Positions 63,389 to 64,000 of a stretch of 64,000 bases of DNA are shown here, in pieces. The DNA lies in the IMG/VR virus record IMGVR_UViG_3300029288_000113, positions 33,418 through 97,417 of that record, one strand, 5' to 3'. The notes under the pieces are model-generated. The model was not told the origin of the DNA. It saw only the letters and a program-made list of their open reading frames with translations, and did no database searches. The position numbers were made by a program, and so were the translations under genes. This stretch comes from a virus. Its lineage: Duplodnaviria > Caudoviricetes. Position 1 is the first letter of the stretch. Each line of letters begins with the position of its first letter.

Positions 63389-63600
63389 TCTATACCTCCA
63401 TACATCCGAAGTTGTTGAGCTTTATCCACAGGGGCCGCGAGCACTGCTTGGTCAATCTCGGCCACAAACTCAAGCAGGCAGGCTTTACAATATTGTTGAT
63501 AGTTAAACAAGACCTTGACCGCTGTCTTTCTTCCACATCTTGAGCAGCAGATGTTGTTCTCAAATTTCTCGCCATCCCACTTGTTGAGTAAGACCGACAT
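63385..63600 (-). CDS. Small Zn-finger protein
   Basis: CSRCG...YCKACL. Confidence 0.5.
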   Translation of the reverse strand: MSVLLNKWDGEKFENNICCSRCGRKTAVKVLFNYQQYCKACLLEFVAEIDQAVLAAPVDKAQQLRMYGGIE

Positions 63601-63603
63601 AGC

Positions 63604-64000
63604 CTATCTCCCCAGCCAGGCGTTGGCCGCCGACCATTCGATATCGTTCACATGGCAGTCCTTCGACATGGCCAGGGTGGGCCCGGGCAGAACCGGCCGG
63701 CCGGACTCGTGCTCGATGATGGCACAATGCAGCTCCTTGAGCAGTTGGATGCCGGCCATATTCAATGGGAAGGCCCCGAAGTGGTTCCAAGCCCGGAAGT
63801 AAATGTAGTAGTGGAGGAAATCTCTGCGTTCGGACAGGATATTTTTGACAATTCCACCAAGTGAGTTTGTAGGTTTATCGATTGGACCATTGACTGCCGG
63901 TAGGCTGATTATCCTGGTGTCAATCATCCGCAAGCACGGGATGGATACATTGGTCTTGCGCACGGTGATAGATCCACCAAGGAGGGGCAGTTCCACCTGT
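63604..64000 (-). CDS. Thymidylate synthase-like protein, C-terminal part (runs off the window)
   Basis: PCLRMID, YFRAWN..GAFPLNM and SKDCHV; next to the dCMP deaminase. Confidence 0.65.
   Translation of the reverse strand, partial: QVELPLLGGSITVRKTNVSIPCLRMIDTRIISLPAVNGPIDKPTNSLGGIVKNILSERRDFLHYYIYFRAWNHFGAFPLNMAGIQLLKELHCAIIEHESGRPVLPGPTLAMSKDCHVNDIEWSAANAWLGR

Noticed and set aside
1-64000. CRISPR array, diversity-generating retroelement, integrase, introns or inteins
   Set aside because: No spaced direct repeats, reverse transcriptase, recombinase or splicing motifs were seen by eye; dnaE, recA and helicase frames are uninterrupted.
1-64000. Apparent GGCC excess and AGG arginine bias as a signature of modification targets
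   Set aside because: Impression only; it needs k-mer observed/expected statistics that cannot be computed here.

Overview
This is a 64 kb segment of a tailed dsDNA bacteriophage with a siphovirus-like tail, arranged as two convergent arms that meet at about 36515. The + arm (1-36513) is the late/virion region. It encodes a MuF head protein with a metallopeptidase C-terminal domain, a prohead protease/scaffold, capsid decoration and major capsid proteins, an S-adenosylmethionine decarboxylase, a beta-helix spike, a lysis cassette and a C1 peptidase. It also carries a ~9 kb glycan building and decorating cluster (glycosyl-, methyl- and sulfotransferases plus a radical SAM enzyme), fibre/appendage genes, head-tail connectors, tail tube, a frameshifted tail chaperone, tape measure and a DUF2460/DUF2163/NlpC/tail-tip baseplate. 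The - arm (36518-64000) handles replication, recombination and nucleotide metabolism: split SbcCD, resolvase, RecA, SSB, UvsY-like protein, DnaX, DnaE fused to a uracil-DNA glycosylase, beta clamp, DnaB-like helicase, DNA methyltransferase, dCMP deaminase and a thymidylate-synthase-like gene. It includes a 7-deazaguanine DNA-modification pathway (PRTase-FolE fusion, QueC, QueD, QueE, DpdA/TGT-like enzyme). The most striking observation is that the DpdA/TGT-like gene appears to lack the start of its barrel, while four small paralogous ORFs around it each encode an M[KR][IV]Y[FL]A...RLLS[FY][FY] peptide that looks like that missing piece. Two of these ORFs are absent from the ORF track. This suggests a split DNA-modifying enzyme with interchangeable micro-subunits. 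Several repeated cis elements were also read directly from the DNA. All product calls come from motif recognition by eye; no database searches were run.
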